Shown piece after piece: positions 7,602 to 17,633 of a DNA stretch of 61,115 nucleotides. Source of the stretch: Oscillospiraceae bacterium (GTDB taxonomy: Bacteria > Bacillota > Clostridia > Oscillospirales > Oscillospiraceae). Both the position numbers and the translations under genes were made by a program. The DNA lies in assembly GCA_045532145.1 (NCBI GenBank), contig JAZSFJ010000102.1, positions 1 through 61,115 of the forward strand, given 5' to 3'. Position 1 is the first letter of the stretch. Every line of letters begins with the position of its first letter. A model generated the notes under the pieces. That model did no database searches. It saw nothing but the letters and a program-made list of their open reading frames with translations, and was not told the origin of the DNA.

Positions 7602-9134
7602 ATGAAAAAGGAACTTTTTCTCGGCATAGAGCTGGGCTCCACCCGCATAAAGGCCAGCCTTATCGACGATAAGCACATACCCGTCTCCTCCGGGGACTAT
7701 GTATGGAAAAGCAGCTGCGAAAATGGCGTCTGGACTTATGAGCTTGATGAAGCTTGGGTGGGCGTTAAGTCTGCCATTGCAGCACTTGATTTTGATGGGG
7801 AAATAAAATCTGCGGGAATTTCCGGCATGATGCACGGCTATCTGGCCTTTGATAAGGACTGGAAGCTGCTCACCCCCTTCAGAACATGGCAAAACACCAT
7901 GACCGCCGAAGCCGCCGCCAAGCTTACGGAGCTTTTCGGCTTCAATATTCCACAGCGCTGGAGCATTGCTCACCTTTATCAGGCCCTGCTGAATAAGGAA
8001 GAGCATATCAGCCGCGTGGCTCACATTACTACCCTTGCGGGCTACATACATTTCATGCTCACAGGGGAAAACGCCGTGGGCATTGGCGAGGCCTCGGGTA
8101 TCTTCCCGGTGGACAGCGCCGAATTGGGCTACGATAAGAAGATGCTTGCCAAATTCTTCTCCCTTGAGGAAGTGGCTGCCATGCCTTGGCGCATTGAGGA
8201 GCTTTTGCCCCGGCCTCTGATGGCAGGGAAGAGCGCCGGTAAACTGAGCTCTGAGGGCGCAGCAATCCTTGACGGCCTGCTCCCTGTGGGCCTGCCCTTT
8301 GCTCCTCCCGAGGGCGATGCCGGCACTGGCATGACCGCCACAAATGCCGTGGCTGCGGGCACGGGCAATGTGTCTGCCGGAACATCCATATTCTCCATGG
8401 TTGTGCTGGATAAGCCCCTCAGCAGGGTCTATGAGGAAATAGACATGGTGACCACCCCCACAGGCAGACCTGTGGCAATGGTCCACTGCAATAACTGCAC
8501 CAACGACTCCAACTGCTGGGCCTCTCTTCTGCGTGAGAGCGCAGAACTCTTTGGCGCTGAGCCTTCAAGCGCGGAGCTTTACACAAAGCTTTATGAAAAG
8601 TCTCTTGAAGGGGAGAAAGACTGCGGCGGCGTGCTTGTCTGCAACTATATGGCCGGAGAGGGCGTTACACATATGGACTCCGGGCGGCCTATGGTTATGA
8701 GAATGCCCAATAGCCGTCTTACTCTGGCTAACTTTATGCGCGCCCAGCTTTATTCCACCATGGCCACTCTGAAAATCGGTATGGATATTCTTGCCGAGGA
8801 GAATGTGGAGATAATATCCCTCACCGGCCACGGCGGACTTTTCAAAACTCCCCGTGTGGGACAGAGCTACCTTGCCGCCGCCTGCAATGCCCCTGTCCGC
8901 ACCATGGAAACAGCGGGAGAGGGCGGACCCTACGGTATGGCCCTGCTTGCTGAGTACATGGTGAAAAGGGAAGAGGGGGAGAGCCTGGAAGCCTGGCTTG
9001 ATAAAAAGGTCTTTGCAGATGTACCTTCCCTGAGTCTTGCGCCCGAGAATGAGGATGCCAAAGGTTTCGAAGCTTATATGAAGGCCTACCGCGCCCTCCT
9101 TGACGTGGAGCGGAGAGCCATAGAAGTGCTGTGA
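7602..9134 (+). CDS. FGGY-family carbohydrate kinase, probable L-ribulokinase (by context)
   Basis: ELFLGIELGSTRIKASLID ATPase N-terminus. It sits between araA and araD. Start at ATG 7602 (AGGTGA RBS); the track ORF starts at 7581 inside araA. Confidence 0.7.
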   Translation: MKKELFLGIELGSTRIKASLIDDKHIPVSSGDYVWKSSCENGVWTYELDEAWVGVKSAIAALDFDGEIKSAGISGMMHGYLAFDKDWKLLTPFRTWQNTMTAEAAAKLTELFGFNIPQRWSIAHLYQALLNKEEHISRVAHITTLAGYIHFMLTGENAVGIGEASGIFPVDSAELGYDKKMLAKFFSLEEVAAMPWRIEELLPRPLMAGKSAGKLSSEGAAILDGLLPVGLPFAPPEGDAGTGMTATNAVAAGTGNVSAGTSIFSMVVLDKPLSRVYEEIDMVTTPTGRPVAMVHCNNCTNDSNCWASLLRESAELFGAEPSSAELYTKLYEKSLEGEKDCGGVLVCNYMAGEGVTHMDSGRPMVMRMPNSRLTLANFMRAQLYSTMATLKIGMDILAEENVEIISLTGHGGLFKTPRVGQSYLAAACNAPVRTMETAGEGGPYGMALLAEYMVKREEGESLEAWLDKKVFADVPSLSLAPENEDAKGFEAYMKAYRALLDVERRAIEVL

Positions 9135-9145
9135 GGTGAAAGAAA

Positions 9146-9838
9146 ATGCTTGAAAAGCTGAAAGAGATCGTTTGGAAAGCCAACCTTGAGCTGCCCAAAC
9201 ACGGCCTTGTAACATTCACATGGGGCAATGTCTCCGGTGTGGACAGGGAGCAGGGACTGATGGTCATAAAGCCCTCTGGCATAGAATATGACAGCATGGG
9301 CCCTGAGGATATGGTTGTGGTCTCCCTTGCCACAGGCGAGGTTGTGGAGGGCAAGTGGAAGCCTTCCTCCGACAGCCCCACCCATGTTGCCCTATATAAT
9401 GCCTTTCCCAATATTGGCGGCGTGGTCCATACCCATTCGCGTTGGGCCACCTCTTTTGCTCAGGCGGGTAAAGGCATTGTCCCCTATGGCACCACCCACG
9501 CCGACTATTTCTACGGGGAAATACCCTGCACAAGGTACATGAGCCCCGCCGAGATAGGGGGGGAGTACGAAAAGGAAACCGGAAATGTTATCATTGAAAC
9601 TTTCCGAAGCCTTAGCCCTGACGACATTCCCGCTGTTCTGGTCCGCTCCCATGGTCCTTTCGCATGGGGTACAGACCCTATGAATGCGGTGCATAATGCC
9701 GTTGTCCTTGAGGAGCTGGCATTCATGGCCTTCCATAGTGCCGCTCTTGAGCCCAATATACAGCCCATGCAAGGTGAGCTTCTTGATAAGCACTACCTTC
9801 GCAAGCACGGCGCAAACGCCTATTACGGGCAGAAATAA
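9146..9838 (+). CDS. araD: L-ribulose-5-phosphate 4-epimerase
   Basis: 230 aa class II aldolase/adducin fold: [24 protein letters not shown] metal-binding region. Confidence 0.9.
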   Translation: MLEKLKEIVWKANLELPKHGLVTFTWGNVSGVDREQGLMVIKPSGIEYDSMGPEDMVVVSLATGEVVEGKWKPSSDSPTHVALYNAFPNIGGVVHTHSRWATSFAQAGKGIVPYGTTHADYFYGEIPCTRYMSPAEIGGEYEKETGNVIIETFRSLSPDDIPAVLVRSHGPFAWGTDPMNAVHNAVVLEELAFMAFHSAALEPNIQPMQGELLDKHYLRKHGANAYYGQK

Positions 9839-9904
9839 AGGGCGGCACACCATAGGGATTTATTCGCTGCAAAGCGGCCCTTTTCCAGCAATACTTCGCT
9901 AAAA

Positions 9905-9940
9905 AAGCGCGGTAGGCGTCAGCCTTGCCGCGCTTTTTTG
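9905..9940. terminator. Rho-independent terminator after araD
   Basis: AAGCGCGG(t)AGGC-gtca-GCCT(tg)CCGCGCTT flanked by A6 and T6 runs. Confidence 0.7.
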
Positions 9941-9984
9941 ACTTTATTGCAAATAATGACGGGTTTTTGAGTAAACTGTTGCAT

Positions 9985-10012
9985 TTGAAAATTAATGGCA
10001 TTATGGTATAAT
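9985..10012 (+). promoter_or_regulatory. SigA-type promoter of rhaBAD (TTGAAA-16-TGgTATAAT)
   Basis: TTGAAA at 9985-9990, consensus TATAAT at 10007-10012 with an extended -10 TG. Confidence 0.5.
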
Positions 10013-10038
10013 GCAGTATGGACAGGAGGGATGACAGG

Positions 10039-11334
10039 GTGCATTATCTCGCGATCGACATTGGTGCTTCCTCGGGCCGCCACATTGTGGGTTATATGGA
10101 CAATGGCAGTCTTAAAACGGAGGAAGTGTTCCGTTTCCCCAACGGAGTAAAAAAAGAAAATGGCCATCTTATCTGGGATATAGAGGCTCTTTTTGCCCAT
10201 GTAAAGGAGGGCATAAAAAAGGCCTTTGCCGCTTACCCCGAAATTAAAAGTCTCTCCATAGATACATGGGGCGTGGACTATGTGCTGATGAAGGGCGATG
10301 AGGAAGTTTTGCCCTGCTACGCCTACCGCGACAGCCGCACTGAGGCGATTATTCCGGAGCTTCACAGTAAAATATCCTTTTCTGAGCTCTATCGCCGCAC
10401 CGGCTGCCAGTTCCAAAGCTTTAACAGCATTTATCAGCTTTATGACGATATGAAAAGAGGCCGTCTTGAGGGCGTCACGGATGCGCTGATGATACCCGAA
10501 TATCTTATGTACAAGCTTTGCGGTGTAAAAGCAAGAGAATACACAAATGCCACCACCATGGGTATGGTCAATGCCGAAAGTGGAAAGTTTGATATGGACA
10601 TTGTCCGCACTCTCGGCCTTCCCGAAATACTTTTTCCATCTCTTTCTAAGCCCGGAAAGGTGTTGGGCAGATTTTTGCCGGAACCTACTAAAGAACTGGG
10701 CGGGGACTGCGACCTTGTTCTCTGTGCTACACATGACACCGGCTCTGCCGTTGAGGGCATTCCCATGGAGGGAAATGAGCTCTATATATCCTCCGGCACA
10801 TGGAGTCTTTTGGGCGTCAAGACAGCCAAGCCCATCACGGGAGAGGGCAGCGAAAAGGCCAATTATTCCAACGAGGGCGGCGTGGGCTACAATCGATATC
10901 AGAAAAATATCATGGGTATGTGGCTTATAAACGAGCTCAAGCGGGAAATTTGTCCGGATATCGAGTTTTCCGAAATTGTACGAATGGCAGAGGAAAGCAC
11001 CTTTGAGGGCCTTGTGAACGCCAATGCTCAGGAGTTTTTTGCCCCTGAGAGTATGAAAGCTGCCTTCGACGAGGCCTGCGAAAGCGCTCCCACAAACATC
11101 GGAGACTATTTCCGCTGCGCATACCGCTCCTTGGCTCTGGGATACAAGCAGGCTATTGAGGAGCTTGAAGCCAATACCGGCGTAAATTACGCTAAGCTCT
11201 ACATCGTGGGAGGAGGCGCGAAAAACGCCTATCTCAACGCCCTTACTGAGAAATTCACAGGAAAGAAAGTTATAGCCTTGCCTATAGAGGCAACGGCTCT
11301 TGGAAATCTGAAAATACAGATGGAGGTTAATTAA
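10039..11334 (+). CDS. rhaB: Rhamnulokinase
   Basis: FGGY kinase with YLAIDIGASSGR N-terminus, directly upstream of rhaA. Start at GTG 10039 (AGGAGGG 8 nt upstream); the track start at 10018 overlaps the RBS. Confidence 0.85.
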   Translation: MHYLAIDIGASSGRHIVGYMDNGSLKTEEVFRFPNGVKKENGHLIWDIEALFAHVKEGIKKAFAAYPEIKSLSIDTWGVDYVLMKGDEEVLPCYAYRDSRTEAIIPELHSKISFSELYRRTGCQFQSFNSIYQLYDDMKRGRLEGVTDALMIPEYLMYKLCGVKAREYTNATTMGMVNAESGKFDMDIVRTLGLPEILFPSLSKPGKVLGRFLPEPTKELGGDCDLVLCATHDTGSAVEGIPMEGNELYISSGTWSLLGVKTAKPITGEGSEKANYSNEGGVGYNRYQKNIMGMWLINELKREICPDIEFSEIVRMAEESTFEGLVNANAQEFFAPESMKAAFDEACESAPTNIGDYFRCAYRSLALGYKQAIEELEANTGVNYAKLYIVGGGAKNAYLNALTEKFTGKKVIALPIEATALGNLKIQMEVN

Positions 11335-11335
11335 C

Positions 11336-12592
11336 ATGAGCTATTTGGAAGCAAAGGCCCTTTACGCAGCTCTCGGCATAGATACCGACAAGGCAATAGA
11401 AACTCTTCGCAGTGTTCCCGTGGCTCTCCACTGCTGGCAGGGCGACGACGTCCGCGGCTTTGATACAGACCCTAATAAGCCCCTCACCGGAGGCATACAG
11501 ACCACCGGCAACTATCCCGGCAGAGCACGCAATCCCGAAGAGCTCATGGCTGACCTTGATATGGCTCTTAAGCTCTGCCCCGGCACAAAAAAGATGAACC
11601 TACACGCCTCCTATGCCATCTTTGATGAGACTAACGGTGGATGGGCGGATAGAGACGCTCTTGAGCCCAGGCATTTCAAAAAGTGGGTGGATTTCTGCAA
11701 GGAAAGAGGTATGGGCTGCGACTTTAACCCCACCTTCTTCTCCCACCCCAAGTGCGACCCCCTCACCCTTTCTTCTCCCAACGAGGAGACCAGACGCTTC
11801 TGGATTGACCACGGCAAGGCCTGCATTCGTATAAGCAGCTATCTGGCCGAAGAGCTGGGCCAGCCCTGCATCATGAATATCTGGACCGGCGACGGCTTCA
11901 AGGACATTCCCGCCGACCGAATGGGCCCCCGCCTCAGATATAAGGAGGCCATTGACGAGATTCTCTCTGAAGACTATGATTTCAATATGGTCAAGCCCTG
12001 CGTTGAGTCCAAGGTCTTTGGCATCGGTGTTGAAGCTTACACCGTTGGCAGCGCTGAGTTTGCCCTCAGCTACGCCGCAATGAATAAGGATAAATGCATT
12101 CCCCTGATGGACAACGGCCACTATCATCCCACGGAGCTTGTTTCCGACAAGATTCCGGCTCTGCTGGCCTTCTTCCCCGAGATAGCTCTCCACATTACCC
12201 GCCCCATTCGTTGGGACTCCGACCATGTGGTGCTGCTGGACGATGAAACCAGGGAGATATGCAAGGAAATAGTCCGCTGCGGCGGCCTTGATGGCAGAGT
12301 GAAGATGGCCCTTGATTATTTCGACGCCTCCATCAACCGCATTTCCGCCTGGGTTGTGGGGTTCCGCAATGTTCAGAAAGGCCTGCTCATGGCCCTGCTT
12401 ACTCCTGATTATACCCAGCTGCAGAACGAGAATAACTGGACAGAGCTCATGGTTATGCAGGAAGAGATGAAAACCCTGCCTTTCGGTGAGGTATGGAAAG
12501 AATATTGCCGGGTATGCGGCGCTCCCGTCGACGGGGAATGGTTCAAGGAAGTTAAAAAATATGAAGCCGAAGTGCTTTCCAAGAGAGGTTAA
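11336..12592 (+). CDS. rhaA: L-rhamnose isomerase
   Basis: 418 aa with the HCWQGDDV motif. Length and sequence are typical of RhaA. Confidence 0.92.
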   Translation: MSYLEAKALYAALGIDTDKAIETLRSVPVALHCWQGDDVRGFDTDPNKPLTGGIQTTGNYPGRARNPEELMADLDMALKLCPGTKKMNLHASYAIFDETNGGWADRDALEPRHFKKWVDFCKERGMGCDFNPTFFSHPKCDPLTLSSPNEETRRFWIDHGKACIRISSYLAEELGQPCIMNIWTGDGFKDIPADRMGPRLRYKEAIDEILSEDYDFNMVKPCVESKVFGIGVEAYTVGSAEFALSYAAMNKDKCIPLMDNGHYHPTELVSDKIPALLAFFPEIALHITRPIRWDSDHVVLLDDETREICKEIVRCGGLDGRVKMALDYFDASINRISAWVVGFRNVQKGLLMALLTPDYTQLQNENNWTELMVMQEEMKTLPFGEVWKEYCRVCGAPVDGEWFKEVKKYEAEVLSKRG

Positions 12593-12597
12593 AGATT

Positions 12598-13410
12598 ATG
12601 AAAGATATTATGACTGCACCCTTTTTGGTGGAAATGGTACGTACCACCACAAATATGTACGCTCACGGCTGGGACGAGCGCAACGGCGGCAATATAAGCC
12701 TTATGCTTGATGAAGCAGAAGTGGCTGAATATCTGGATGTAAACAGTATCATCCGCACTATTCCCACAGGCTTTGATGCACCCTCCCTGGCAGGCAAGTA
12801 TTTTCTTGTTACCGGCACCGGCAAGTATTTCAAGAACGTCCAGTATGATCCCGCCGCAAATCTGGGTATCATCCGCATCGCTGCCGATGGCTGCACCGCA
12901 GAGCTGCTCTGGGGCTACTCCGACGGCGGCAAGTTCACAAGCGAGCTTCCCGCCCACCTTATGAGCCATGTGGAGCGCCTGAAGGTGGACAGCGATAACC
13001 GGGTAGTAATGCACTGCCATCCCTCCAATCTCCTTGCCATGACCTATGTCCATGAGCTTGACGAGCGCAGCTTCACCCGCACCCTCTGGCAGATGTGCAC
13101 CGAGTGCGTTGTGGTTTTCCCCGACGGCGTGAATGTTCTGCCCTGGATGCTTTGCGGCACTAACGAAATAGGCGAAGCCACCGCTGAGAAGATGCGCACT
13201 GCCCGCCTGGTGGTCTGGGCCCAGCACGGTATTTACGGCGCAGGCAAGGACCTTGACGAGACCTTCGGCCTCATTGAGACCGCAGAAAAGGCTGCCGAGA
13301 TATACATGAAGATAGCCCATCTTCCAATACTCAACACCATCACCGATGCCCAGATGCATGAGCTTGAAGGCCGCTTTGGACTTAAAGCCCGGGAAGGTTA
13401 TCTGGATTGA
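12598..13410 (+). CDS. rhaD: Rhamnulose-1-phosphate aldolase
   Basis: 270 aa. GWDERNGGNISL matches the conserved RhaD N-terminal motif. Confidence 0.9.
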   Translation: MKDIMTAPFLVEMVRTTTNMYAHGWDERNGGNISLMLDEAEVAEYLDVNSIIRTIPTGFDAPSLAGKYFLVTGTGKYFKNVQYDPAANLGIIRIAADGCTAELLWGYSDGGKFTSELPAHLMSHVERLKVDSDNRVVMHCHPSNLLAMTYVHELDERSFTRTLWQMCTECVVVFPDGVNVLPWMLCGTNEIGEATAEKMRTARLVVWAQHGIYGAGKDLDETFGLIETAEKAAEIYMKIAHLPILNTITDAQMHELEGRFGLKAREGYLD

Positions 13411-13432
13411 GTTGAATATGACTGAACATAAA

Positions 13433-13469
13433 AACTCCCGAATCCGAAATCGGATTCAGGAGTTTTTTT
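13433..13469. terminator. Bidirectional rho-independent terminator
   Basis: 14-bp stem AACTCCCGAATCCG-aaat-CGGATTCAGGAGTT (1 mismatch) flanked by A- and T-runs, between convergent rhaD and the GH3 gene. Confidence 0.75.
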
Positions 13470-13484
13470 GATCTATAGGTTTGT

Positions 13485-15188
13485 TTACATGAAGCTTGCT
13501 CCCCAGGCTCCGCACCAGGGGTCAACGGGGCTTATGCCCTTGAAGCTGCTCTTGCCCGTGAGCTTATCCACCGCTGCCTCAACGCAGAAGCGGCTGGAGG
13601 AATAGCAGTTAATAAAGGTGCTTATGAAGGGCACATCTATCATGTGATAGGGGCTGCAGAAGCTTATGAACAATGTGGGGATATCTTTCATGTACCAGGG
13701 CTCATTGGCGGCCATGAGGGGTATCCAGTCCAGACGGCGGGATGTGTAGTTGGAGCCTGTTGCCACATTGGCGGCTACGATGGAAAGGTCAAATTTTTTC
13801 TTCATATCCTCTGCGCCGCAGAAGAATATTTCGCCTCTTTCCATGCTGGCGTAGTCATAAAGGCTCACCTCAAAGCCGGCCTTCTCAAGAGCCTCCTTCA
13901 AAGGCTCGGTGATATTCTCGCTCTCCCCAAAACCGCCGCTCTGGTTCTCGCCCAAAACTGTTAGGCGAACACGTCTGGTTTTTTCGGGGGAGATGGGAAG
14001 GAGGGCCTGATTATCCTTAACGAGGGTAATTGCCTTGTCGGCGCACTCCTCAGCCCAGCGGGTGTGTTCCTCGCAGCCAAGTTTTCCCAAAGCATCAGGG
14101 GAGGAGAGGGGACTGCGGTGGAGGCCAAGACTTGCCTTAAGAGCAAGCTGACGGCATACAGCCTCGTCAAGACGCTCAAGGCTTATTTCCCCGGACTCAA
14201 GGCCATCACGGACGGCAGCATAGTCCTCGTCAAGATTTTTGCAGAAGACTATCATATCCGCGCCCGCGCTTATGGCAGAGCGAATGGCATTGGCTCGGCT
14301 TTGGATGGCAGAGAAGCCCACCATGGGTGTGGCGTCTGTGGTAATAAGGCCGTTGAAGCCCAGTTTTTCACGGATTATGCCCTTAATAAGATTGCGGCTC
14401 TGGGAGGCGGGGAGCATATCTTCGTCCCGAATTTCGGGCTCAATAAGCCTCTCAAGGGCGGGCTGGAGAATGTGTCCGCACATAAGGGTCTGGGCGCCCT
14501 TATCAATAAGGGTCTTATATACTTTGCCAAAGGAACTCATCCACTCCTGGGCAGAGAGGGAGTTGACAGTGGGCATAAGATGGTGGTCACGCTCGTCGAC
14601 TCCGTCGCCGGGGAAGTGTTTTATGCATACGGCCATGGGTCTTTCGGCCCGGGCTACGCCGTCCATATAGGCGGATGCCATTTTCAAAACGGTATCCGGG
14701 TCGGAGCCAAAGGTGCGTACATTGGTAATGGGGTTGCGCCAGTTATAGTCAATGTCCACTATGGGAGCGTAGGCCAGGTTGCAGCCGACGGCTGTACCCT
14801 CGCTGGCACAAACATAGCCAAGACGCTCTGCCTGCTCAGTCTCGCCGGTGGCGGCCACCTGCAGAGGACGTCCAAAGAAAGTGCCCTCGGGAGAGATGCC
14901 GTTTCCGCCGCTTTCCAGATTGCAGGGGAAGAGCATGGGGATTTTGGCAACAGCATTCATAGCGGCGTAGGCCTTCTGAATATCGGCGCCATTGCCTGCG
15001 CGGTACATAAAGCCGCCGGGGCGATATTTGCTCACAAGAGCCTGCAGCTCGCCGCAATCGGTGGTGATGTCGGTGAGGCAGAAAAGCTGACCTATCTTGT
15101 CCTCGAGGCTCATGGAAGCAAGGCTCTCCCGAACCCACACAATGTCCTCGTCGGAGAGGTAAAAGGGTTTGGATTTGTAATCTAGCAT
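13485..15188 (-). CDS. Glycoside hydrolase family 3 (beta-glucosidase/beta-N-acetylhexosaminidase-like)
   Basis: LEDKIGQLF, KHFPGDGVDERDHH and GLITTDA motifs typical of GH3. Confidence 0.8.
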   Translation of the reverse strand: MLDYKSKPFYLSDEDIVWVRESLASMSLEDKIGQLFCLTDITTDCGELQALVSKYRPGGFMYRAGNGADIQKAYAAMNAVAKIPMLFPCNLESGGNGISPEGTFFGRPLQVAATGETEQAERLGYVCASEGTAVGCNLAYAPIVDIDYNWRNPITNVRTFGSDPDTVLKMASAYMDGVARAERPMAVCIKHFPGDGVDERDHHLMPTVNSLSAQEWMSSFGKVYKTLIDKGAQTLMCGHILQPALERLIEPEIRDEDMLPASQSRNLIKGIIREKLGFNGLITTDATPMVGFSAIQSRANAIRSAISAGADMIVFCKNLDEDYAAVRDGLESGEISLERLDEAVCRQLALKASLGLHRSPLSSPDALGKLGCEEHTRWAEECADKAITLVKDNQALLPISPEKTRRVRLTVLGENQSGGFGESENITEPLKEALEKAGFEVSLYDYASMERGEIFFCGAEDMKKKFDLSIVAANVATGSNYTSRRLDWIPLMAANEPWYMKDIPTLFISFCSPYHMIDVPFISTFINCYSSSRFCVEAAVDKLTGKSSFKGISPVDPWCGAWGASFM

Positions 15189-15206
15189 GGGGGTGTTCCT
15201 CCCGTG

Positions 15207-17618
15207 TTATATGGTTAGAGAAGCGCTGAGGCCGGTTTCCGTGCTGACGGAGATGGTGGCGGGGCCATCGGGGCTGATGATAGCAAGGGCGCGGCCTCTG
15301 AAAAGGCGGCAGACCTCCTCTGTATAGCAGTGGAGAGGCTTGGGATCGCCGCTGCCAAGGCCCAGGAGCTTACCGCTGCTGAGAGAGACGCTTATCTCGC
15401 AGTCGCCGGCGTCATAAACAAGGCCCTTTTCATCACGAAGAGTTATGTTTATATAGCGAATATCGCCCTCTGCTTCTTCCGCTTCAAGCGCTATGGAAGC
15501 TGCGGCGGAGGCAGTGGTGAGCTGATGGCGGCCTGTCTCAATGCCATTTTCATAGCTCACAGCTTCCAGAGTGCCGGGAGCGTACTCAGTTTCGAAGGTG
15601 GCAATAAAGCCTGTCTTTTCTCCGGCGGGCTTTTTGCCAAGAGAGATACCGTTCAAAATAAGCTCAACCTCGTCGCCGGGGGAGTAGACCTCCACCACTA
15701 TGCTCTTTCCTTCAAAGCCGGGATAAGTCCAGCCGCAGTGGCTGTCGCTGAGAACCCAGGGGGTCTTTATGAGCTTTTCGCCATAGTGGGCGGGATCCTG
15801 AACTGCAATGTAGGGAGCTTTTCTCAGACCGAAAACTATCTCTCTCATGTAGGAGAGGGGGCGGCGGAAGCCGCTGATATCAATATCGCCGCAGTAGGCA
15901 AGCTGGCAGGGGTACTGAGCCCCGAAGCCGCCTTCGCCAAAGCGGTAGGCGGGTATGCCAACGCCAGCCTCGCCAATGTAGTCCCAGCCGGTCCATGTGA
16001 AGTCGCCGATAACAGAAGGGAGCTTTTTTACAAGAGCCCAGTTGCGGGCGATGTGGGGAGGATAGGTCTCGCTGCCCATGATGACTCTGTCGGGATAAGT
16101 GACAGCATCAGGTTCGTAGCGGGAGGCCATGTAGTTATAGCCCACAAGGTCCATGCCCACGGATGCTGCATCAATGCGCTGGGAAACAAGGGGATGTTTT
16201 ACTATCTCGTCCATGTGGGTGTCCATGGCGGTCATAAAGTCGTTTACATTGCCCACATCTTCGCCGCGGGAGGCAGCGGCAGAAATAACATCGCTCATTA
16301 TCTGTGGAACATGGTCGCCTGCTGCGAAAACGCCGTTGATGGAAACCATGGCGTAGCGCTTGGGGTCAAGTGCCTTGATATAGCGGGCCATTTCACGGCC
16401 GAGAGCGGAGCCTTGAGCGGTGCCAACCTCAGGTATCTCGTTGCCAAGAGAATAAAACACCACTGAGGGGTGGTTGAAGTCGCTGAGCACCATGCTCTTA
16501 AGATCTTCATGCCACCATTTTTTCATAGAAAGGGCATAGTCATTGTCCTTTTTGGGACGGGTCCACATATCAAAGGCCTCGTCCATGACATACATACCAA
16601 GCCTGTCGCAGGCTGTGAGCAGGGCGGAGGAGGCGGGATTGTGGGCCATGCGTATAGCATTGAATCCGGCTTCCTTGAGTATGCGCACCCTTCTCATTTC
16701 AGCCTCAACGGGGCTCACAGCGCCTAAAAGTCCGTTGTCGTGGTGGATGCAGGCGCCGCGGAGCTTCACGGTCTTGCCGTTGACACGAAGACCCCGCCTT
16801 GTGTCAAGACTGAGAGTGCGAATGCCAAACTCTGCTTCGCAGCAGTCAATGTCCTCTCCGCCGGAAACCAGGCGGCATACACAGCGGTAAAGATTGGGGC
16901 TTTCGGCGCTCCAAAGCAGGGGAGAGGTCAGGTTCAGAGACTGTTCAATGCTCTCCTCACTGCCGCCGCCCATGGAAAGGGGCAGGGTGGAACGGGCGCA
17001 TATCTGGCCATCGGGAGCATAAATCTCGGTAATTATTTCAATGGACTGAGCACGGTAGTCCAGGTTTTTAAGGTCGAGACCAACATTAATGGAGGCATAG
17101 TCATCCTCGATACATGCGGTGGACACCTTCAAACCACAGTCGGGAATGTGCAGGGGAGAGGCCGATAGGAGCCAAACATCCCTTGTAATACCGCTGCCGG
17201 AATACCAGCGGCTGTTGGGGCCGATGTTCTTCACAAGAACACGAAGCTCATTTTCGCCGCCATAATTAAGATAGTCGTTCAAAGGGGCGTTGAAAGCGCT
17301 GTAGCCGTAGGGGCGCTGGGCGATAAGTTGGCCGTTGAGATACACAAGGGCGTTCATGTAAACTCCCTCGAACTTAAGCTGAATTATCTGGTCGCGCCAG
17401 CTTTGGGGAGCCTCAAAGAGCTTAACATAAACATAGCTTCCGCCATCTCTGTAGGCGGTGTCGCCGCCGTTGACTCCATGGGGTTCAGGGGAGCGCTCTA
17501 TCATAGCGTCGTGGGGGAGGTCTATATCACGGGCATTGTCGGGAATATTCCACACAAGAGAAAAAGCGTTCTTTTCCTCCCAGAATTTCCAGCCCTCGTT
17601 CCATTTTGTATAGCGCAT
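15207..17618 (-). CDS. Glycoside hydrolase family 2 (beta-galactosidase-like)
   Basis: 803 aa. WNEGWKF N-terminus and NHPSVVFYSLGNEIPE (acid/base Glu region) typical of GH2. Confidence 0.85.
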   Translation of the reverse strand: MRYTKWNEGWKFWEEKNAFSLVWNIPDNARDIDLPHDAMIERSPEPHGVNGGDTAYRDGGSYVYVKLFEAPQSWRDQIIQLKFEGVYMNALVYLNGQLIAQRPYGYSAFNAPLNDYLNYGGENELRVLVKNIGPNSRWYSGSGITRDVWLLSASPLHIPDCGLKVSTACIEDDYASINVGLDLKNLDYRAQSIEIITEIYAPDGQICARSTLPLSMGGGSEESIEQSLNLTSPLLWSAESPNLYRCVCRLVSGGEDIDCCEAEFGIRTLSLDTRRGLRVNGKTVKLRGACIHHDNGLLGAVSPVEAEMRRVRILKEAGFNAIRMAHNPASSALLTACDRLGMYVMDEAFDMWTRPKKDNDYALSMKKWWHEDLKSMVLSDFNHPSVVFYSLGNEIPEVGTAQGSALGREMARYIKALDPKRYAMVSINGVFAAGDHVPQIMSDVISAAASRGEDVGNVNDFMTAMDTHMDEIVKHPLVSQRIDAASVGMDLVGYNYMASRYEPDAVTYPDRVIMGSETYPPHIARNWALVKKLPSVIGDFTWTGWDYIGEAGVGIPAYRFGEGGFGAQYPCQLAYCGDIDISGFRRPLSYMREIVFGLRKAPYIAVQDPAHYGEKLIKTPWVLSDSHCGWTYPGFEGKSIVVEVYSPGDEVELILNGISLGKKPAGEKTGFIATFETEYAPGTLEAVSYENGIETGRHQLTTASAAASIALEAEEAEGDIRYINITLRDEKGLVYDAGDCEISVSLSSGKLLGLGSGDPKPLHCYTEEVCRLFRGRALAIISPDGPATISVSTETGLSASLTI

Positions 17619-17633
17619 GGTTTTACCTCACAA

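Noticed and set aside
7542-9450. Minus-strand ORFs opposite the ribulokinase-like gene and araD (7542-8486, 8565-9215, 8842-9450)
   Set aside because: They lie antisense to genes in a tightly packed + strand operon and have no motifs.
9919-11337. 472-aa minus-strand ORF
   Set aside because: It lies antisense to rhaB (FGGY kinase motifs on the + strand) and extends across the araD terminator and the rhaB promoter.
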